Part shown: positions 29,567-33,983 of the stretch, in pieces
Layout: every line of letters begins with the position of its first letter
How positions within the stretch are numbered: position 1 is the stretch's first letter
Assembly: GCA_903843315.1 (NCBI GenBank)
Contig: CAIMPQ010000060.1
Coordinates: 1 to 33,983, forward strand
Length of the DNA: 33,983 bases
Source: an uncultured beta proteobacterium
GTDB lineage: Bacteria; Pseudomonadota; Gammaproteobacteria; Burkholderiales; Burkholderiaceae
Direction of reading: 5' to 3'
Made by a program: the position numbers and the translations under genes
Notes under the pieces: model-generated
What the model saw: the letters and a program-made list of their open reading frames with translations, nothing else
Databases searched by the model: none
What the model was told of the DNA's origin: nothing

Positions 29567-30132
29567 TTCTCTAATGTAGCTTTTCTTCGTGGTGAAAGGA
29601 TTGCTCTAGCCAATGGCAGATCATCCGGCTTTGCATTTGTTGGAGGTATAACCCGATAGTACTGCTTTACGTCGTCATACTCAATTTTCCAGCCGCGCAA
29701 TTGATCAAGCATCTGCATATTTAAAAGACGCTTAAGAGTAGCTTCGCCGGTTAATGTGAGCACTTCGGTTTTAGCGTTATAGATAACTTGACTTGCTTGC
29801 CCTTGCATGAATTCCTCTGCCAAACCTTCGCGGCGTTGTCTAAAGGAAGCGACTGCATCGGGTGTACCCTTCATATCTACAGCTTCATAGCCTTCGGGGT
29901 CAACCTGTATGTGGCCAGCATCACCGGTAATCACAATGCTGCCTTTGATAAGCAAAACTTGCCCATTCAAATCATAAATTTGTTGAACATCATTTACGGA
30001 AACTTTTTCTGCCTCAAGAATAATGGGCTTATCTTGATCTGCCTTTTCGGCGTTAGCATCGCCCCCCAGGGCAAGACCAAGGGAGAGCAATACAAAAGCA
30101 AAGCGAAGGGCAGAATGAATTACTGTATGCAT
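29563..30132 (-). CDS. lptA: LPS transport periplasmic protein
   Basis: Signal peptide, [22 protein letters not shown]; lies between lptC and lptB. Confidence 0.9.
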   Translation of the reverse strand: MHTVIHSALRFAFVLLSLGLALGGDANAEKADQDKPIILEAEKVSVNDVQQIYDLNGQVLLIKGSIVITGDAGHIQVDPEGYEAVDMKGTPDAVASFRQRREGLAEEFMQGQASQVIYNAKTEVLTLTGEATLKRLLNMQMLDQLRGWKIEYDDVKQYYRVIPPTNAKPDDLPLARAILSPRRKATLEK

Positions 30133-30774
30133 TTATTGAGTTGCACGAGGAGCTCGTTCAATCCGCCCTTTAACTTGGCCGGAGAGCGTCATACTTTGTT
30201 GTACGTTATCAAAGATGCCGCCTTCTGTAGAGTTCATGACAGACATACCCTGCTCAAGGGTAATAGGCTTATCGGTTTCAATAATGTCATCATTAATGAG
30301 AACTTTGAAATAGCTTGAGGTTGCTAACATGCGTAGGGTCGCTGGCTCTGTTGCGGTAGCTGCTTGCGCTGGCCGGAAGATTGAAGCGTTATTGATTAAA
30401 TCCAAAATGGTGAGATCACCATCAAGGTGTCCGGTATCCGATTTTACGGTTACCGGTGCTTTATTGGCTTGAAAGAGGCGCATGCGTGGAGTAGTGATAT
30501 CAATTGAAGCATCATCATCGTAATGAACCACCTTCTTGCCCAGAACTCGATATTTGGTGGCTCCAAATTCATTTAGTGCAGAAAGCGCGCCATCGTTGAT
30601 GGTGTAGTCAGGCTCATGCAGCCTGGCACGCTCCAGAGCAGATTTTTCTATTGGCGTATTTTTTTGGACTAACCAAAAAGTGGCTAAGGTCAGAGCGCCC
30701 ATCAAAATTAAAGGTGTCAGACGCAATAAGGTGCGACCAATGCCGAGTTTGATTTGTCGAGGGTTTAATTGCAT
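30133..30774 (-). CDS. lptC: LPS export protein LptC
   Basis: N-terminal TM anchor, HEPDY, HYDDD, ETDKPI; synteny kdsC-lptC-lptA. Confidence 0.9.
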   Translation of the reverse strand: MQLNPRQIKLGIGRTLLRLTPLILMGALTLATFWLVQKNTPIEKSALERARLHEPDYTINDGALSALNEFGATKYRVLGKKVVHYDDDASIDITTPRMRLFQANKAPVTVKSDTGHLDGDLTILDLINNASIFRPAQAATATEPATLRMLATSSYFKVLINDDIIETDKPITLEQGMSVMNSTEGGIFDNVQQSMTLSGQVKGRIERAPRATQ

Positions 30775-30777
30775 TAC

Positions 30778-31350
30778 TTAGTTTATGGCCTTCTTCAGCA
30801 ACTCTGCATAGTGGTTTTGGGCTTTGAGAATAAGGTCACATAATTCCCGGACTGCACTATTGCCACCAGTCTGAGTGGTGACCAAATGGGCAAACTCTTT
30901 TACTGCTTCATGTGCTTGAGCAGGGCAGACTCGCATACCAGCATCCTTCATCATCGCAAGATCAGGCCAGTCATCACCCATCACAGCGCAATCAGCTAGA
31001 TTAAGTCCAAGGGTTTTAACCACTTGTTCGAATGCTAACGCTTTATTTTCTACACCCATATGTACATGTTTGATCCCGAGCTCTTCACAGCGAGCCAAAA
31101 CCATCTTGGAGTTTCGACCGGTGATGATTGCCGTTGGAATACCGCACTGCTCAAGTAATTTGATGCCCAAACCATCCTGAATATCAAACGCCTTTAGCGA
31201 TTCTTTTCCATCTGCTCCTATCCAAACCTGGCCATTGGTAAGTACGCCATCCACGTCTAAGACGAGCAGTTTTACTTTGCCAGCGCGCTCCCATGCTTGT
31301 GGAAATTGCGCTAGAGGGTTGGTGTTATGGGTATTGAAAGCGCTCGGCAT
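30778..31350 (-). CDS. kdsC: KDO 8-phosphate phosphatase (HAD family)
   Basis: LDVDGVLT, DGLGIK, IITGR, GDDWPD, AVRELCD. Confidence 0.94.
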   Translation of the reverse strand: MPSAFNTHNTNPLAQFPQAWERAGKVKLLVLDVDGVLTNGQVWIGADGKESLKAFDIQDGLGIKLLEQCGIPTAIITGRNSKMVLARCEELGIKHVHMGVENKALAFEQVVKTLGLNLADCAVMGDDWPDLAMMKDAGMRVCPAQAHEAVKEFAHLVTTQTGGNSAVRELCDLILKAQNHYAELLKKAIN

Positions 31351-31383
31351 AAAAGTTTAACTAAGTAAGGGTAAGAGGCTGGA

Positions 31384-32376
31384 TTAAATCACTTTTGCAG
31401 CGAATAAATCGTGCAGATTAAGGGCGCCCAATAGCTGACCATTGCTATCTGTAACCACTAAATGATTAATGCGATGTTTTTCCATCATCTCGATTGCTTC
31501 TTCCGCCAGAAGTTCTGGAGGAATCGTGCGAGGGCCAGGTGTAGTAGCGCTTTTGAGGGTAATTGCATCTAGATTAGTACTCTTTTCTAGCAAGCGACGC
31601 AAATCACCATCCGTCAGAATGCCAAATACTTTGTTATCTTTTTCTAAGGTCACAACCATACCCATTCGCTTCGAAGTCATTTCTAATAGGGCGTCTTGTA
31701 AGGAAGACTCAATTGAAATCTTTGGGGTGTCGTCAAAACTACGCATCACTTCGCTGACATGCATTAATTGCTTACGACCAAGTCTGCCACCCGGATGCGA
31801 GCGTATGAAATCTTCCGCTTCGAAACCTCTTGCATCTAAGAGCGCAACCGCTAAGGCATCACCCATTGCCAAGGCTGCAGTGGTGCTAGTTGTTGGAGCT
31901 AAATTGAGTGGGCAAGCTTCTTTTTCAACACTAGTATCCAGATGGGCATCTGCTAGCTTAGCTATAGAGGAATTCGGGGCGCCAGTGAGTGCAATGAGTT
32001 TTGCGCCGGTACGTTTGACGATGGGCACGATAGTTAATAGCTCATCAGTCTCACCAGAATTCGAAAGAGCGACAAACACATCCTCACGAGTCACCATGCC
32101 TAAATCACCATGGCTGGCTTCGGCTGGATGGACAAAAAAAGCAGGTGAGCCGGTAGATGCAAAAGTGGCAGCAATTTTGCGAGCAATGTGGCCAGATTTA
32201 CCAATGCCCGAAACCACAATTCTGCCCTTGCAAGCATGGAGTAGCTCAACAGCCAGCACAAGGGCATCAGCATTAGCGCCTTCAAGGCGATCGCGCATGG
32301 TTTGTAGTGCAGCAGCCTCAATAGTGAGGGTGTCGCGCGCAAGCTTTAGGGTACGTTCACGAGTCTTAGCTATCAT
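31384..32376 (-). CDS. kdsD: arabinose 5-phosphate isomerase (KpsF/GutQ family)
   Basis: GIGKSGHI, EASHGDLG, EACPLNLAPT, SHPGG, two CBS domains. Confidence 0.96.
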   Translation of the reverse strand: MIAKTRERTLKLARDTLTIEAAALQTMRDRLEGANADALVLAVELLHACKGRIVVSGIGKSGHIARKIAATFASTGSPAFFVHPAEASHGDLGMVTREDVFVALSNSGETDELLTIVPIVKRTGAKLIALTGAPNSSIAKLADAHLDTSVEKEACPLNLAPTTSTTAALAMGDALAVALLDARGFEAEDFIRSHPGGRLGRKQLMHVSEVMRSFDDTPKISIESSLQDALLEMTSKRMGMVVTLEKDNKVFGILTDGDLRRLLEKSTNLDAITLKSATTPGPRTIPPELLAEEAIEMMEKHRINHLVVTDSNGQLLGALNLHDLFAAKVI

Positions 32377-32387
32377 CGAGTAAGTAT

Positions 32388-33983
32388 ATGCCGTCAGTCC
32401 TTCAATTAACCCTCATTCTCCTGGCCTCGGGTGTGGCCGGAGTGGTTATTTTCCGCTATTTTGGATTACCCCCTATTTTGGGCTATTTGGCCATTGGGGT
32501 GCTCATAGGCCCGCATGCCCTGGGCTTCGCGAACGATTCAGCTACGGTGAAGTATTTGGCTGAATTTGGGGTGGTTTTCCTGATGTTTTCGATCGGCCTC
32601 GAATTTAACCTTCATAAGCTTCGGTCAATGCGCAAGATCGTCTTTGGCCTCGGTGCTAGTCAAGTCATCTTGACAATGCTTTTGGCTGTCCCTGCCAGTC
32701 TTTTAATGAACTGGATTTATCCGATTTCATGGCATGCGGCAATTGCTCTAGGCGGAGCCCTAGCGATGTCATCCACCGCTATTGTCACTAAGCTGATTTC
32801 AGATCGAGCTGAATTAGAAACCGAGCATGGTCGTAATGTAATTGGTATCTTACTGTTCCAAGATTTAGCTGTAGTCTTCTTGTTAATTTTGCTGCCGTCT
32901 CTGGGTAAGAACCCTTCAGACTTATTTGTTGCTCTCACTGCAGCCTCAATCAAAATCACGATCGCTTTAGTACTCATTTTCTTCATTGGCCAATCGATCA
33001 TGAGTCACTGGTTCAAGTTGGTTGCTAAGTTACGGTCACAAGAGTTGTTCATGTTAAATCTCTTGTTAATTGTGTTGGGAATGGCAGGCCTAACAGAGTA
33101 CTTTGGTTTGTCATTAGCGCTTGGGGCATTCTTAGCTGGTATGTTGATTTCAGAAACGCCTTATCGACATCAGGTAGAAGAAGACGTTAAGCCATTTCGT
33201 GATGTCTTGCTAGGGCTTTTCTTTATAACGATTGGCATGTTGCTAGATTTCAATGTCATTCGTGAGCAGTGGCTATTGGTTTTGGTCTTGTTAATAGGCC
33301 CACTGATATTCAAGTTCAGTCTGATTGCCCTGTTGTCACGGGTCTTCGGCTCTAGCCCTGGTATATCGATTCGAACTGGCTTGTGTCTGGCTCAGGCAGG
33401 GGAATTCGGATTTGTTTTGCTGACTCAAATTGACGGCTTAGATTTAATTGATCCAATCTTGAGTCAAGCAGTGCTCGCTGCGATGTTGATTTCCATGTTC
33501 GGCGCTCCATTTTTGATTGAATATAGCGATCGCATCGCAATGCGTTTCTCAAGTAATGAGTGGCTATTGCAATCCCTTGCTTTGACGCGGGTTGCCGCAA
33601 AAACTGTGCGCAATGAAAATCATGTGGTGATTTGTGGGTTTGGCCGGTCAGGTCAGAGCTTGGCACGTATGCTCGATCAAGAAAAGATTCCTTATATCGC
33701 TTTGGATTTGGATCCGGATCGCGTTAAAGAAGCTGCTGCTGCTGGAGATAACGTTGTCTATGGAGATGCGAGTCGAGAGAACTATTTGGTAGCTGCTGGA
33801 CTCTCCAGGGCGAAAGCAGTAGTCATCACATATGCCGATACCGGTGCAAGCTTGCGAGTCTTGCGACAAGTGGAACATTTGCGTCCTGGTATGACAGTGC
33901 TGGTGCGAACACGAGATGATGCTGACATTGCTAAGCTGCAAGCTGCTGGCGCCACAGAGGTAGTACCTGAGTTAATTGAAGGC
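32388..33983 (+). CDS. CPA2 family cation:proton antiporter (Kef-like) with TrkA-N domain, 3' end beyond window
   Basis: Not in the ORF track because it has no stop in the window. ATG 32388 gives MPSVLQLTLILL...LAEFGVVFLMFSIGLEF, MSSTAIV, LLFQDLAVV, LGAFLAG, LAQAGEFGF and HVVICGFGRSG. Confidence 0.93.
   Translation, partial: MPSVLQLTLILLASGVAGVVIFRYFGLPPILGYLAIGVLIGPHALGFANDSATVKYLAEFGVVFLMFSIGLEFNLHKLRSMRKIVFGLGASQVILTMLLAVPASLLMNWIYPISWHAAIALGGALAMSSTAIVTKLISDRAELETEHGRNVIGILLFQDLAVVFLLILLPSLGKNPSDLFVALTAASIKITIALVLIFFIGQSIMSHWFKLVAKLRSQELFMLNLLLIVLGMAGLTEYFGLSLALGAFLAGMLISETPYRHQVEEDVKPFRDVLLGLFFITIGMLLDFNVIREQWLLVLVLLIGPLIFKFSLIALLSRVFGSSPGISIRTGLCLAQAGEFGFVLLTQIDGLDLIDPILSQAVLAAMLISMFGAPFLIEYSDRIAMRFSSNEWLLQSLALTRVAAKTVRNENHVVICGFGRSGQSLARMLDQEKIPYIALDLDPDRVKEAAAAGDNVVYGDASRENYLVAAGLSRAKAVVITYADTGASLRVLRQVEHLRPGMTVLVRTRDDADIAKLQAAGATEVVPELIEG

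Noticed and set aside
31469-32383. 304-aa antisense ORF over kdsD
   Set aside because: It mirrors the kdsD codons, is Ser/Ala/Arg-rich with no motifs, and is a typical shadow ORF.
32388-33983. Apparent gene-free 1.6 kb at the window end
   Set aside because: It is an open CPA2 antiporter frame with no stop inside the window.

Overview
A compact, compositionally uniform, moderately AT-rich stretch of core genome from a betaproteobacterium. Gene order and proteins look like Burkholderiaceae, most likely Polynucleobacter; the genus is my inference. Gene order: end of grxC, secB, gpsA, trmL, comF and a BioC-like methyltransferase; a cytochrome c oxidase structural and assembly cluster (coxB with a fused cytochrome c, ctaD, a 43-aa small protein, ctaG, DUF2970-like, coxC, DUF2909-like, SURF1, a membrane protein, ctaA, cyoE, SCO); rpoH with a perfect CIRCE element; a short ftsY; two M16 peptidases, rsmD, coaD, ferredoxin; TPR-LolB, ispE, tRNA-Gln, prs, rplY, pth; mutM, mutY; kdsD, kdsC, lptC, lptA, lptB, hpf, ptsN, hprK, rapZ; and a CPA2/Kef antiporter cut by the window end. 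I found no mobile elements, prophage, CRISPR array or defence island, and I cannot support a wholly new multi-gene system here. Best leads: (1) a cysteine-free TPR-LolB fusion, meaning a LolB that cannot be lipid-anchored; (2) repeated -10 hexamers placed 6 nt before start codons, in tiny bidirectional intergenic regions, suggesting leaderless mRNAs; (3) rpoN missing from its usual slot between lptB and hpf, where a structured leader with a possible 21-aa uORF sits instead. No database searches were run; all family calls come from motif recognition and synteny.
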